From Naegleria gruberi (taxonomy: Eukaryota), in NCBI GenBank assembly GCA_000004985.1, contig GG738896.1: a DNA stretch of 64,000 nucleotides; one strand, 5' to 3'. Below the pieces are notes generated by a model that saw only the letters and a program-made list of their open reading frames with translations, did not search any database and was not told the origin of the DNA. The position numbers and the translations under genes are program-made. Positions 43,988-57,600 of this stretch are shown piece after piece (the stretch's first letter is position 1; every line of letters starts with the position of its first letter).

Positions 43988-46111
43988 ATGGCCCAAGTTG
44001 AAACTTACAAATTCCAAGCCGAAATCAATCAATTGATGAGCTTGATTATTAATACATTCTACAGCAATAAGGAAGTCTTTTTGAGAGAGTTGATTTCCAA
44101 TGCTTCAGATGCTTTGGATAAGATTCGTTATATGAGTTTGACTGAACCTTCAGTTTTGGATACTGAAAAGGAATTGTGCATTCATTTAATTCCTGATAAG
44201 GTAAACAAGACATTGACAATTAGAGATACAGGTTGTGGTATGGCCAAGCACGATTTAATTAATTGCTTGGGAACTGTTGCAAGATCTGGAACTAAACAAT
44301 TTATGGAAATGCTTCAAGCTGGTGCTGATGTTTCCTTAATTGGTCAATTTGGTGTTGGTTTCTATTCTGCTTACCTTGTTGCTGATCGAGTTGTTGTCAC
44401 AACTAAACACAATGATGATGAACAATACATTTGGGAATCATCTGCTGGTGGCAGTTTTACAATTACTTTGGATGAAAGTGGTGAAAAATTGTCACGTGGA
44501 ACCAAGATTGTTCTTCACATGAAAGACGATCAATTAGAATATTTGGAAGAAAGAAAGTTGAAGGATTTGGTAAAGAAGCACTCTGAATTTATTGGTTATC
44601 CAATCTCTTTACAAGTTGAAAAGACTGAAGAGAAGGAAGTTGATGAAGATGACTCCATGTCAGATGATGAAAAGAAGGACGAAGACAAGAAGGAAGATGG
44701 TCCAAAGATTGAAGAAGTCAAGGAAGTAGATGACAAGAAAAAGAAGAAGGTTAAAGAAGTCAAGAAAGAGCTCGAATTGTTGAATAAGAACAAGCCATTG
44801 TGGACTCGTGATCCAAAGACTGTCACTAAGGAAGAATATTCCAGTTTCTACAAGGCATTGACAAATGATTGGGAAGAACATTTGGCTGTCAAGCACTTTT
44901 CAGTTGAAGGCAACTTTGAATTCAAGAGTTTGTTGTTCACACCCAAGAGAGCTCCATTCGATCTATTCGAACCAAAGAAGAAACTCAACAATATCAAACT
45001 CTATGTTAGAAAGGTCTTTATTATGGATAATTGTGAAGAGTTGATTCCAGAATATTTGAATTTTGTGAAGGGTATTGTTGACTCTGAAGATTTGCCATTG
45101 AATATTTCCCGTGAACACTTGCAACAAAACAAGATTATGAAAGTTATTAGAAAGAATTTAGTCAAGAAGTGTATTGAAATGTTCACTGAACTTGCTGAGA
45201 ATAAGGAAGATTTCAAGACTTTCTATGAAGCATTTGGAAAGAATTTGAAATTGGGTATTCATGAAGATTCTCAAAATAGACAAAAGTTGGCCGAGTTATT
45301 GAGATTCCACTCCTCTCAAACTAAAGGTGAAGATTGGACCAGCCTCAAGGAATATATTGAACGTATGAAGGAAGGTCAAGAATTTATCTATTACATTACT
45401 GGTGAAAGCAGAAAGGCAGTTGCTAGCTCACCATTCATTGAAAAGTGCACCAAGAAGGGAGTTGAAGTCTTGTACATGACTGATCCAATTGATGAATACA
45501 TGGTTCAACAATTGAAAGAATTCGAAGGCAAGAAATTAGTGTGTGTAACAAAGGAAGGATTGAAATTGCCAGAAACTGAAGAAGAAAAGAAGAAGAAGGA
45601 AGAATTGAAGGCCTCATTCGAAGCATTGTGCAAGTTGATGAAGGATATTTTGGGAGATAGAGTTGAAAAGGTTGTTGTTTCTGATAGACTTGGTGATTCT
45701 CCATGTTGTTTGGTTACTGGTGAATATGGTTGGAGTGCAAATATGGAAAGAATCATGAAAGCTCAAGCTTTGAAGGACAATTCTATGGCCTCCTACATGG
45801 TTTCAAAGAAAACAATGGAAATTAATCCAGAAAATTCTATTGTCAATGAATTGAGAAAGAAGGCTGAAGCTAATAAGGCTGACAAGACTGTCAGAGATTT
45901 GGTTTGGTTGTTATTCGAAACTGCCTTATTGACTTCTGGTTTCAGTATGGAAGAACCTCATACTTATGCTTCCAGAATTCACAGAATGATCAAACTTGGT
46001 TTGAGTATTGATGAAGAAGATCTTGCCTCTGAAAAGACTGAAACAACAAGCCAAGAAAATAAGGTTGAAGAAAGTCCAGCTGCTGAATCCTTAATGGAAG
46101 ATGTTGATTAA
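43988..46111 (+). CDS. HSP90: Cytosolic heat-shock protein 90 (HSP90), intronless, 707 aa
   Basis: Full-length alignment-quality match to HSP90 ([22 protein letters not shown]; [39 protein letters not shown]; a charged linker; [18 protein letters not shown]). The C-terminus is ..MEDVD, a variant of the MEEVD TPR-binding motif. Codon usage is biased toward highly expressed codons (GGT/GCT/TTG/AGA/AAG). Confidence 0.95.
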   Translation: MAQVETYKFQAEINQLMSLIINTFYSNKEVFLRELISNASDALDKIRYMSLTEPSVLDTEKELCIHLIPDKVNKTLTIRDTGCGMAKHDLINCLGTVARSGTKQFMEMLQAGADVSLIGQFGVGFYSAYLVADRVVVTTKHNDDEQYIWESSAGGSFTITLDESGEKLSRGTKIVLHMKDDQLEYLEERKLKDLVKKHSEFIGYPISLQVEKTEEKEVDEDDSMSDDEKKDEDKKEDGPKIEEVKEVDDKKKKKVKEVKKELELLNKNKPLWTRDPKTVTKEEYSSFYKALTNDWEEHLAVKHFSVEGNFEFKSLLFTPKRAPFDLFEPKKKLNNIKLYVRKVFIMDNCEELIPEYLNFVKGIVDSEDLPLNISREHLQQNKIMKVIRKNLVKKCIEMFTELAENKEDFKTFYEAFGKNLKLGIHEDSQNRQKLAELLRFHSSQTKGEDWTSLKEYIERMKEGQEFIYYITGESRKAVASSPFIEKCTKKGVEVLYMTDPIDEYMVQQLKEFEGKKLVCVTKEGLKLPETEEEKKKKEELKASFEALCKLMKDILGDRVEKVVVSDRLGDSPCCLVTGEYGWSANMERIMKAQALKDNSMASYMVSKKTMEINPENSIVNELRKKAEANKADKTVRDLVWLLFETALLTSGFSMEEPHTYASRIHRMIKLGLSIDEEDLASEKTETTSQENKVEESPAAESLMEDVD

Positions 46112-46121
46112 AATAAATAAT

Positions 46122-49100
46122 TTATCTCTTTTCCTTTACAAAGAATCTCAATAAGAGACCAGCTAAAACAATAAAGAAAACAGCAAAGCTTGCAGTGAAA
46201 ATGATATCCGCATAGAATCTTTCGTGGTCCATTCCCAATTCTTTCAGGAAAAAGTCACCATCACCTGGGAAGCTTGGGAAACCTTTTGGATCAATAACGA
46301 TTGGGAATCCGTGCAATTCATTGATGAGAAGGGCTTCATAGGCATAACTAAAGTATGAAAAGTATTTAATCCATGAGAGGTAGACTGGAAGTGAATCAGT
46401 ATTCAACAAGAATCCAGCAAACAACATATTTCCAAGAATTAACAAAATTGAAATCAAGTTAGCAGAAGCAACACTATTAGCAATTGTACCAATACAAATA
46501 CAGAGAGCTCCACTTGCTAAATTGAATAAAATTAAAATGAAAATAAACCAAAAGAAGTGTGAAGTGATTTCTCTCAAACCAATCATCCACTAATAATATT
46601 TTAGATAATTATTTCTATTGTCAAATAATCAATATTGAAAAATACTTACATAAGCAATAGATCCCATAATAATTGGTGGAATGACACGGAGTGGAATTAA
46701 ATCAAAGAAAGTCTTTGAGAAAAAGTATGAAATTGAAAGATAGTATCCATTTGCTCTTTCTCTCACATAAATTGTACGTTCTGTAATAAATAATTCCAAG
46801 CTAGACATGGCAGCAAAGTTCAACAAAGCACACATGAAGAAAATACTACCCATTCTGTTTTGACAAGCTTGGATATTGTTACTTTGCTGGAAGTAAATGG
46901 CACCAAGTAAAAGACCCATGATAATAGCACTCAAATAGTGAGCTGGCATAAGGTAGAAATTTCTGTAAAAGTTACGGAATGATCTCTTAGATAAAATGTA
47001 AAGTTGCGTATAGAACGAGGTGGCATACTCTTGAACCTTCTTGGTGTAAATATTATCTTCTGTCTTTACCAAGAGATTTTGTGATTCTTGATTTTCAGAT
47101 CCATAACCAGATTGTTTGAAAATTGGTTGTTGGTAAGATAAAGATTGATTATTTTGATTAATAGAAGTTCCTTGAGTCTCATTTTCTGACATTTCTGACA
47201 TGACATCTAATAAAAAGTCAGCAGGATTGTATTGAGATGGACAGTCATGACCAAGTTTTGACAAATAATCCAATGATCCTTCAGCACTTCCACTATAGAA
47301 TATTTTACCATCCTTCATTAAGAGTAAATTATCAAATTGTTGGAAAATATTAGAACGAGGTTGATGGATAGAGAATACAATAGTTCTGTTATGTTTAGTG
47401 GCCAGGTCGCAAATAGTCTTGATGGTTGAGACTGCGTGATATGAATCCAATCCCTTAAAAAGTTTGTCATTCATTAATAAAAGTAAAATTACTAACACTT
47501 GTAGGTTCATCCAAGAAGAGAATTTGTGGTGCAATGACTAATTCACAAGCAATACTGACACGACGTTTTTCGCCTCCAGAAATACCTTAAAAAGTTTGTT
47601 ATTCATGAAATAAAAGTAAAATTACTTACCTCTTGTCATGGCATCACCAATCTTTCTATCACGAATATGTGAAATTCCAAGCTCTTCCATAACAGACTCA
47701 ACACGTCTCTTCTTTTCCGTATATGGGACAGTATCAGGTAAACGAAGCTCCGCACTAAACATGATTGATTCAAAAACTGTCAAGGTACCCATTAAATGAT
47801 CATCTGATTGAGATACATAACCAGCAACTCTCTTATATTGGTTATAGTCAATTGGTTTGTTATTAACCAATAATTCTCCAAAAACATCTCCAGATTTAGA
47901 TCTACCAGCAATAATATCCAATAATGATGTTTTACCAGCTCCAGAAGGACCCATAATAGCAGTAACAGTTCCCGGTTTAAAGGTGTGACTCAATCCATGA
48001 AGAAGTGTAATTCTATTCTTGCTCTTGAGATGGAGAGCCCTTTCTCTTTCCTCCTCCTTTTCTTCCTTTGCAATATCTTCCTCATTGACTCCACTAACTT
48101 CCTGGAGAGAATTGATTTTCTTAGCAGTAGTTCTGATAATATAGGTCAAGTTACGAATTTCCAACTTGGCTCCAAATTCATTATTTCCTGTCTTCATCAT
48201 ATCCTCATATTCATGTTTAACCTTTCTAGTTTGAAGTTTAGAATAAATAATACTGAAAATTAATACAATCATGATAGCAACAAAAATTACTGAACCAACA
48301 GCTCCAGCAACAATTTTAGGTAAATCATTTTGTTTTGGTGGTTGAGGTGCAGGAACGTATACATCAACACACTCAGCAGCATGATCACAAGTTGATTGAA
48401 TAACACCAGGGAAGTTTTCATGTTGAACTATTAGAAAAATATTAACAGGTAAATATTTTAACATTGGAATTGAAACTTACTTGAACAAGACTTGGTTTCG
48501 TTATTACACTGTACATTTGCATAACCAGTCATGTGTTCTAATATATACAATACAAACTGGTTATAACATTTTGGAGAAATCATTGAACATGCACAGCCAG
48601 TAGTATATCCACATTTGTATAATACTTCTCCTTTTTCTGGAATTGATAAGACACAATCGTGGAATGTACAATAAAAAGTTTCAGCAAGAGAAGTATCAGA
48701 CTTGTCAAATGATCTGAAATAACAATTTCCACCAGCTGTCTTATTTTCCATTCCATTACAGTCAATTGTGAAATAATTTCCCATGAGAGGTATCATTCTT
48801 TCCGAAGTAACTTCACAACTATAAACCTTTTCTTTCTGTGGAATGTATGATTTATCACAAAAAGCAGCCGAATTGTTCAATCGTTGTTGACAAACGTAAT
48901 CATTACTACACATTCTACAATCCAATCCTTCCCATCCAGGTTGACAAGAACAAACTGGAGATTTATCGTCATCACTACTCGTACTAAATAAATTTCTTCT
49001 TGTGTTCGAATCATCATAAACTTTATCTGTCAATGATTTTCCATTTACACAGTCAATCAAAGAACAATTTCTAATTCCCATGGATAAATCATTCTTGAAA

Positions 49101-49372
49101 CCAGGCAAACAAACACATGTTGTATTATCTGTCGAACAATATCCAGCATTCATACATCTCGCATCACTATCACAAATTGTCCAATCGTATTGTTGTTGTC
49201 CAACAATTAGACTACCACTACTCATCATTATGATCACTAGGAAAATAAATAATACTAAACCACTACCACCGAATTTGAATGAATTATTGTTTGGGTTCTT
49301 CCGAATCCTATGTAGACCATGAGAGATCCCACCATTGGAAGAAGATAATGGGTTGGATAGCGATATCTGCAT
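46122..49372 (-). CDS. ABCG (White-type) half-transporter with an N-terminal signal-anchor plus an EGF-like cysteine-rich ectodomain and an extra TM helix; 5 exons, ~1016 aa
   Basis: Exons 48481-49372, 47630-48427, 47497-47585, 46650-47453, 46122-46589; introns of 53, 44, 43 and 60 nt with donors GTAAGT, GTAAGT, GTTAGT, GTAAGT. The total is 3051 nt, divisible by 3. Exon 1 has a signal anchor ([19 protein letters not shown]) and ~230 aa with more than 30 Cys, including EGF-like [12 protein letters not shown] and [15 protein letters not shown]. Exon 2 has a TM helix, then NBD Walker [18 protein letters not shown]. Exon 3 has the signature [12 protein letters not shown] and Walker [10 protein letters not shown]. 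Exon 4 begins [20 protein letters not shown]. Exons 4-5 carry an ABC2-type 6-TM domain. Confidence 0.8.
47454..47496 (-). repeat. Intron 3 of the ABCG gene, a near-identical copy of intron 2
   Basis: On the minus strand this is gttagtaattttacttttattaatgaatgacaaactttttaag. It is about 85-90% identical to intron 2 (47586-47629: gtaagtaattttacttttatttcatgaataacaaactttttaag). Confidence 0.8.
47586..47629 (-). repeat. Intron 2 of the ABCG gene (paired with the 47454-47496 copy)
   Basis: See 47454-47496. The two copies are separated by the 89-nt exon that encodes the ABC signature and Walker B. Confidence 0.8.
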
Positions 49373-49656
49373 TTTTTTAATTTTTTTGAAAAGATTTGAA
49401 AAATCCTTTGTTCCTTGTCGAACCGTTTTTATTCTTTTTGCAAAGTTCTAATGGGTAAACAATGTTGATGTATCAAGGAGGTAAGGATTCGATGGTTGGT
49501 TTTTATTAAGGAATTTTTTAAAGGAAATGTTGGAACAGGACACAAAGTGGAATTAAAGTGGAACGGTAAAGAAAATCTCCAGTTGAACCTTCACAAAGAT
49601 ATAAAGTTTACAAAGGTATGATGAAATTTACAATTTTTTTATTAACAGTTTTTTTT

Positions 49657-51057
49657 TTAAAAATTGAAAGAAACATCCGAATAGGATCCATTCATAAGAT
49701 TCTTAAGGAAGTTTTCAACTCTAACATTTGGAATTCTGATAAAGAATGCAGAATCAGAGAATGGTGAAGAACATACTTTCCATCCTTGAGTTGTTAAATA
49801 TTTAAAGTCATCAAAGCATTCCATTCTTTGAATAACTCTGAAGGACTCATCATCTCTGTCGAACCAATTCTCTTCATCTTCACTATCAGCATACTTGCTA
49901 TGCTCAATATGACCTAGGGCACCATAGCTATTAGCTCCAGCTCCATAAACATCTCCATTGTGAGTTGTAAAGTAAGCAACATCTGAACCACATTCTATGG
50001 ATGTAATTAAAACATTCTTCGAGTCGAAATAGGTAATCTTAATTGGTCTACAACTGGTCATATTTTCAGAATCGTCTAAATGTGGAGTTGTTGAAAAATT
50101 GAAATATCCTGTTACGAATACTTCACCTGATGCATTTAAAAACATTGTGAAATTTTCTCCACATTTTACAGAGACAATTTCTTGATCTGTGAATGGTTCT
50201 ATAAGAACAGGTCCAGCATGTAGTTCAGTTGAACCCAATCCTAGTTGACCAAGTAAATTATTACCACATCCATACAATGATCCATCTGTCTTCTTAAAAA
50301 TAGTATGTGAAGATCCGCAATATATATCCTCAATATTATTCATAGTTGGAAGCATTAGTGGCACAGTTATCACATCTTTGGCATTATAGGTTCCTAGTTT
50401 ACCATAATTATTTAATCCTGAAGCAAATACATAATTTGCAGAAGTAATAAAGAATGTACACGATTCACCACAAACAATTTTTCTAATAACTTCACCATTA
50501 TTAATAGTGATCCTTGAAAGTTGATCGTACATTCTCTCCTTAGGTAGACCCAACTCAAAACATTTGTTTGACCCGAGTCCATAAATTTTACCCTTATTTG
50601 TTAATACAAATAAATGCTCACTTCCAAGAGTTATCTTATCTATAAAATCCTCTGAATCTTTCCAAACAAATGGTAACTTGGTTGGAGCAGTTGTTTCAGG
50701 AAATAATTCATCTGGTTGTTGTTTCTTCTTTTTCTTTTTCAAATTTTGAGTTGATCCACAAACAAACAAGTGTTTTCTACTACTTGTCAAGAAAACTGAA
50801 TATCCACGTGTATCATTACTAACACAATAAACGTGTTCTACCTTTTCATAACCCTCTTCTAATCCATTCATTCTCAGTGTTGGATTTAAATATTTTGGAT
50901 AGTATATTGATTGTGCATTTTGATTGCTAAACCCTAATTGATGACAATGATTTCTTCCCATAGAAAGAACCAATGTTTTGGAAAATTCTTTTTTTCTTTG
51001 TTCCGATCGTGTGGTTGCTGTATTACTGGCAGAAGCAGCAGAATGTGTTTGAGACAT
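49657..51057 (-). CDS. RCC1-repeat (regulator of chromosome condensation-like beta-propeller) protein
   Basis: 466-aa ORF with repeated RCC1 blade signatures (..VCGSTQNL..; KIYGLGSNKCFELGLP; VFASGLNNYGKLGT; LYGCGNNLLGQLGLGS; VFVTGY; VYGAGANSYGALGH). It starts MSQTHSAASASNTATT... Confidence 0.75.
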   Translation of the reverse strand: MSQTHSAASASNTATTRSEQRKKEFSKTLVLSMGRNHCHQLGFSNQNAQSIYYPKYLNPTLRMNGLEEGYEKVEHVYCVSNDTRGYSVFLTSSRKHLFVCGSTQNLKKKKKKQQPDELFPETTAPTKLPFVWKDSEDFIDKITLGSEHLFVLTNKGKIYGLGSNKCFELGLPKERMYDQLSRITINNGEVIRKIVCGESCTFFITSANYVFASGLNNYGKLGTYNAKDVITVPLMLPTMNNIEDIYCGSSHTIFKKTDGSLYGCGNNLLGQLGLGSTELHAGPVLIEPFTDQEIVSVKCGENFTMFLNASGEVFVTGYFNFSTTPHLDDSENMTSCRPIKITYFDSKNVLITSIECGSDVAYFTTHNGDVYGAGANSYGALGHIEHSKYADSEDEENWFDRDDESFRVIQRMECFDDFKYLTTQGWKVCSSPFSDSAFFIRIPNVRVENFLKNLMNGSYSDVSFNF

Positions 51058-51603
51058 TTTTTCAAATCAAGAAGGAAAATCCGAGAAACTGATGCAGATT
51101 AAAAATCGGAATGTACAACTCCACAATCAAATTGAATCTATTTTTATCTATTACTGATAATTATTTTTAGATTTTTAGAAACACAAGGAGGAAACTGTTG
51201 TTTACAACTCCTGTGAAATATCTGATCAAAATTCCATACAGTATTCATTGTAACACCTCGTACATTGAAAGATATGTTAAAATAAATTTAATATTCTTAC
51301 TTTTGAAATAGTGTTTGTTAGTAATGTGTTATCATGTAACTATTTCATTTCTAAAAGGATATGGGTAAATGAAGTTGATGGAACAGCAACAAATCATTTC
51401 AAGTCACTTTACAATTGCCTTTCCCAGACCTTCCGGTTGAAAGATTTTTGGTATTATTATTGCAAAACGATTGGTCAGCAAACCCTTCTTCCAATTTATT
51501 GTGGAGTTTCTACTTTCCGTTTCTTTCTTGCACCTTCTAAATTGAAAGTAATGAAAACTTCAGCACCAACATTGACATTTGTCTTTCTATTAGTAAAAAA
51601 ACC

Positions 51604-54600
51604 ATGTCATCGTTATTTGAGGGCTTTCTCCTCAACAACACAACAAGGAGGAAACTGTTGTCATCAACAACATCTCTTCTCTTCTTCCTACTCTTGTGCA
51701 TTACATTCTTCTTTTCAACAACGTGCCTTGTTGATGGTGAAAGAATAGATTTTTTTCCATCTACTATAGTAAGCTATGGTGACCAATCTTTTTGCTCTTC
51801 CATGTCCAGTAATTCCTATGTAAGTTTTAAAGAAGGATTTTCTTGTTATTAATCGGACTTTATGGTTTTTCCCTCCAAAATTTATGATTGTCTTGACAAT
51901 GAATTTGAAAAAATGTGTTGATATTAATTTTATTTGGCTTGCTATCATTGGATTTTCTCTGATCATGTGAACAATATGATGATAAATAATAATATTACTT
52001 TCGGAATGGTATAGAAATCATTTAAAAATCCAGTTTCATATCCAACACCTGGATGGCAATTATTATATTTCCAAGGATTTAATTGCCCAAAGAATGGAGT
52101 TCCTGAAGGAATTAGTGATCGTAGTTATGGACAATTGCGTGTTGGATATAATCACATTATTGCTTTTCAAGTGAAAAGTAATAATGGAACACAAAAATTA
52201 AATATTGTAGGAAAAGGTGATAATACAGTTGGTCAATTAGCTATTGATAGATATATTTCTGGTGGAGTCAGATATTTTGCCAATATTACATTTGAAATTA
52301 ACTGGGGAGAGATGGTTAGATTAGTACAAATTGAAGATTTAATAACATCAAGAACTATTGCAAATAATCAAGATGTTGCTAAACTTCAAACTTATGATGC
52401 TTGGGATTCTAATCTTTATTTTGATAATATTAAGGGACACTATTTCCCTGATAATATTATTATTCAAGATATTAATACTTGTTATTTAAATACTTTTATA
52501 ATTTTAAAGAATCAAGAAATTTATGGAACTGGTTCAAATATTTACAAAAGTTTAAGTTTATCAAACGAAAATAGCAAAAGTAACTCTCCTATAAGATTAA
52601 CAATTTTGGAAAATTTTTTAAAATCACAAAGTGATTGGATTGATCAACTTTATTGTGGTTATTCATCTGTTTTTATTAAAACAAAAGCTAATAGAATTAT
52701 TGTATTTGGTAGAAATGATGTAAATCAATTAGGTCTTGGATCTGAATTTAGAGCAAATTCAATTACTCCAACAATTCATCCATTTTTAACATATTATTCA
52801 CAAAATATTGCAAATCTTGATACTATTTCATTTGGTTTAAATTTTACTTTAATTTCATTCAAAGATGGTTCAGTTTATTGTGCTGGTTTAAATAATCACC
52901 ATCAATGTGGTCTTGGTATTAATGAATATACAATTTCAAATTTTGTTCAAGTACCAATACCAGAAAAGATTACAAAAATATCAACAACAGCATATGCATC
53001 ATTTTTTGGTATTGAAACTGGTGAAATATTATCTTCAGGATGGAATTTAGGTTTTATTTTAGGACAAAATATTACTGATGAAAATTATGTTTCATCTACT
53101 CCAGTTAAAATTGAAAATTTAATTTCTCCAAATGATTATCAACTTTCAAAAGGTTTTCAATTATTTCATATAACTTATCAAAATGCAACATCAACTATGG
53201 CATGGGGATCAAATCAATTTTATAGTTCTGGTATACTTTATCAGGGTACTGGAACAGCTGCTTATCCAACTATTTTAGCATTGGGCAATGTGGAACGTGC
53301 TGTTTTAGAATCTATTGCAAATCCATCTGAATGTATTTTAGTTGGTGGTCATGCTGCTGCTAATGGTTGTTCCAATAGTTTATTACAAAGAATTAATTTA
53401 AAAACAGGATTTAATACTACATTTGGTGAATTTCGTTCATATTGCAGTAATTTTGGTACTTTTAATTATTCTACAGAAGTTTGTTCATGTGATGAAAAAC
53501 ATTATGGATATTCATGTCATTTAATCAAACCAGAATTTTTAGGAAATTGTAACCAATCAAGTTTAGAAAATTTTGCTATTGCTCCAAATACATGTTATTG
53601 TGGTGGAGAAGGTTTTTATGGAACATCTTGTGAAAATAAGGCACCTCCTAGATCTGTTTACAGTTTTACTAGATCTTTAAATATTCAAAAATTTACTCTA
53701 AAAAATAAGATGTTTGATTTTGGTTATTTAATAAGTGGTCAATCACATACATTTTTAAAATCTCAATTGAATAATAATAGAGTTTATGTATTTGGTAATG
53801 GATTGAATACAAATGATAAATATGGAATTGGTTTGGCTAGTAATAATATGATAAGTGATACTATTCAAATTTCAACATTATTTGAAAGATTATCAAAGAA
53901 ATTAACTTCTTCAATAAGAAATATTTATCCAATGAAAATTCAATCAGTTGCATTATTTAGTAATGGAGATATTTATAAGACTTTAAATAATTCAGATTTT
54001 GAAATTATTGCAAGTAATGTTAAATATTTAACATGTTCAGATATTACATGTTTTTTTATTACTAATGATAAGAATGTTTATGGTATTTTTGATAATCAAT
54101 ATAATCAACTTGGTTTAACTGATTTTGCAACAAGACAAAAAGTTTATGAATCTCAACCTGTTTTAGTATCACTTTTAAATAATAATTATCATAAGGAGAT
54201 TGTTAATATTTATCCTTCAAATTATTTTACATTATTTGTTAATCAATTTGGTAATTTATTTGGTATTGGTAAAAATACAGAATATCAATTAGGTATTGGA
54301 CATAATTTAAATATTGATAAGTTTATTATTCCATTAATAATTGAAAAACCTGTTTCACATGTTATTGTTACAGAATCTATTACATATTTTAAAGAATTAA
54401 ATTCTGTTTGGAAAACAATGGGTAAAGATATTTTAAATATTGCTCCAATTTCTCAATATTTAATTTATCCAACAGTAATAACATCTTTACAAGAACAAGA
54501 AAATATTTATAGAGCTAAAGGTGATATTATTATTACTCAAACAACAACTAAATTTAGACAATTAACACTTAATCAAGACCTTTCATATGGTCAAGAAAAA

Positions 54601-57600
54601 ATTATTGATGTTAATATTATGGGAGATGATATTATTTTAGTTACAATTCCAAGTAATTTTAATTCTATACTTTGTTATAATGGTTATTTAGATATTACTG
54701 GTACTTCATGCATTTGTGATAAAGGTTTTAGAGGAATTGATTGTAATTCTTATTTATGTGATAGAGTAACATGTAATTCATGTATTGGACCAAATATATG
54801 TTCTAAAAATCAATCTACAACAACAAATGAATTGAGATTATTCTCAAAAAATTATGGAATGATACAATCAAAGTTTAATGTTAAACATCATACTATTGGT
54901 GATAATTTTGCTATATTTATAGATTATGATGGTGAAACTAAATTTATTGGTGATAATTTTTATGGTGAATTAGGAATGGGTGGTTATTCTTCAATTAGTA
55001 TTAGTACCTCAAATTTACAACTTTTAACAAATAATATTTTACTTTTACCAATTTATTTAGCTAATGAAAATGTTAAATCAATTACATCTGGCAATAATTT
55101 TATTATTGTTTTAACAGAATCAGGTAATTTATTCTCTGTTGGTGATAATAGATTTGGTCAATTAGGTCAAAATGATACTATTAGTAGATATTTTTTAACT
55201 AAAATAGAAAGTACAATAACTTTTACAAGTGTAACTTGTAATTCTTTTCATTGTATTGCCTTAGGATCAAACAACAAATATTATGGTTGGGGAGATAACA
55301 CATTTGGTCAATTATGTTTAGATTCAACAACTAAAAAGGTTGTTTACACACCTTCACAAATTATATTTGATGTTATTATAGATGTTGTATCTACTTCAAT
55401 TATGTCAATTGGTCAAAACTCTTCAATATTTTATAGTAATAGTGGAGATGTGATTGCTTGTGGTAAAATAACAGTACCATCAAATTATGCTGATAAATCA
55501 GTAAGACAAAGAGTTTTACCAAATTTCAATATTGATTTACAAGCTATGGAACAAATACCAAGAAAATTCTATACCGATTTATGTTTAAAAAATTCTAATG
55601 AAGAATATTACTGTTTAGGTGAAAACAAATTTGGTACTCTAGGTTTTGGTCATGCTTTACCTCTTTATGGAATTTTTTTATCAAAACATTTTGGTGTTGA
55701 TGGAGGATTATTTTTCCATACTCACACTAATAAGATTAATTTCTATTATTCTAAAAACAAAATTTTAAATTATTTTGGTAATGGTGATTTATTGAATGAT
55801 ATCAACAATATGAATCCAGCAAGACAAACAAATGTTTTTCAATCAATTGGTAAATTTAGTTTCATAACATCAAATGAGAAATTTGGTTATATAATTACAA
55901 ATACTAGCAATTGTTTTAATAGAGGATATTTTTCTAATGGAATTTGTACTTGTAATAATATTAAATATTTAGGTGATGAATGTCAAACAAATACTAACAT
56001 TCCACAAGGTACAACTTCTCAATTCCAAATAATTGATACTTTAGGTAATAATTTTAATTTTACTAATAAGTTTGGAAGTATGTCAAAAATTGAAACATTT
56101 GGTAATTTACCATTTGGTTTTAATAATACTAGAAATAATTTAAGAGTTGTTAGTACCTTTAATTTGGCATTAAATCAATCCACTTCTCAACTTGCACTCA
56201 TTTTTGCTATTGATAATTATGCTAATTTAAACGTTGACATTCAATTTCCAAATAGTGGGAAAATTAGTAAACTTCAAACAAGATTGGAGGAAGGATCTGA
56301 TTACATTTATCATACAATTACTACTGATAATATAGATACTAATGCAATTATTCAAGTAACATATACAACAAATAATTCAGTAATTTTAGATAGTGATATG
56401 AAGAACCAATTTCTTAAAGTTTATACAAGAAATGAAAAAAATAATATTATTCCTATTGGATTGAAATCTAGCTCTGAATTATTATCTGAAGTACTTGCAA
56501 GGTTGAATTTCCTTTTTTCTATTAATGGTCCACATACTGCAGAAATTTCCTCTATTGAAGAATTTCCATGTGATCTAGATGGTAATAATAATGTGATAGG
56601 TCTCAGATTAGATGGAAATTTTTTCAATTATACATTTTATCCAATTCTAAAAGATGAATCTTTCCGTACTTTAAAGAACTTTTACAGCTCAAAAATTTCA
56701 TCAATTAGATATCCTATTCATGAAACATTTAATTTTGCAGAAAGTGATATTAGTCTCATTAATTTATCTAATAATAATAATCTTGAACAATCTGCAGGTT
56801 ATTATGATTTATCACCAGTTAAAAGAACAAATATTTTAATTAATGTTTCAAAATCAAAGATTTGTGATATTCCATTTGCTGATTTATTTATTAATCCTTC
56901 TAAATATAATTTTACAAATACTAATATGTATTGTATGAAACCAATTTTTGATAATTCTTGGTGTAAACCATTAAGTTTTAGAGAAAGTACTTTATACTTG
57001 ACTCAATTTTTTGTTTCTACAAAATTAAGTATTCCACTTGCACTTTGTGACTCATGTTCTATTTTAAATTGTTTTGATTTTTTAACTCAAAATACTTCTA
57101 GATTATCCTATTATTTTGTTTACCCAGATAATAATAAGATTATTTCTAATAATTTTAATATATTTGAAACAAGAAAGGATGTAAATGTTGATTTATTATT
57201 CAATGAATTTAATGAAAATAATTTCCTTAATTTTGATTATATTAATATGGGTATTATTTATAAATATGATTCTCCTATTGGAATACAAGAATTAAAAGGA
57301 ACTATCAAATTACAATATTTGAAATATTTACAAAGTTTCAATTTTACACCTATTGTACTTGCTAGAAATAGTGATAATATTGTTACAATTAAAAGTGAAA
57401 ATATGAAAGATTTCATAAAATATAATCAAGTTTATTGTAAAACAAGAATTAGTGAAGAAATAATTACTTTGGATGACAATGATAAATCAACTTCCTATTG
57501 TAATATTAGAACTGGTATTGAATATAATCAAAATATAACAGTTCAATTAATGGCTTACCCTATATCAGGAAATAATCCTTTTAAAATTGGAGAATTTAAT

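Noticed and set aside
43560-43990. Heat-shock-element-like GAA/TTC clusters upstream of HSP90
   Set aside because: Several TTC/GAA triplets occur (e.g. aaaTTCcGAAatg), but none has the canonical nGAAnnTTCn spacing, so I do not call an HSE.
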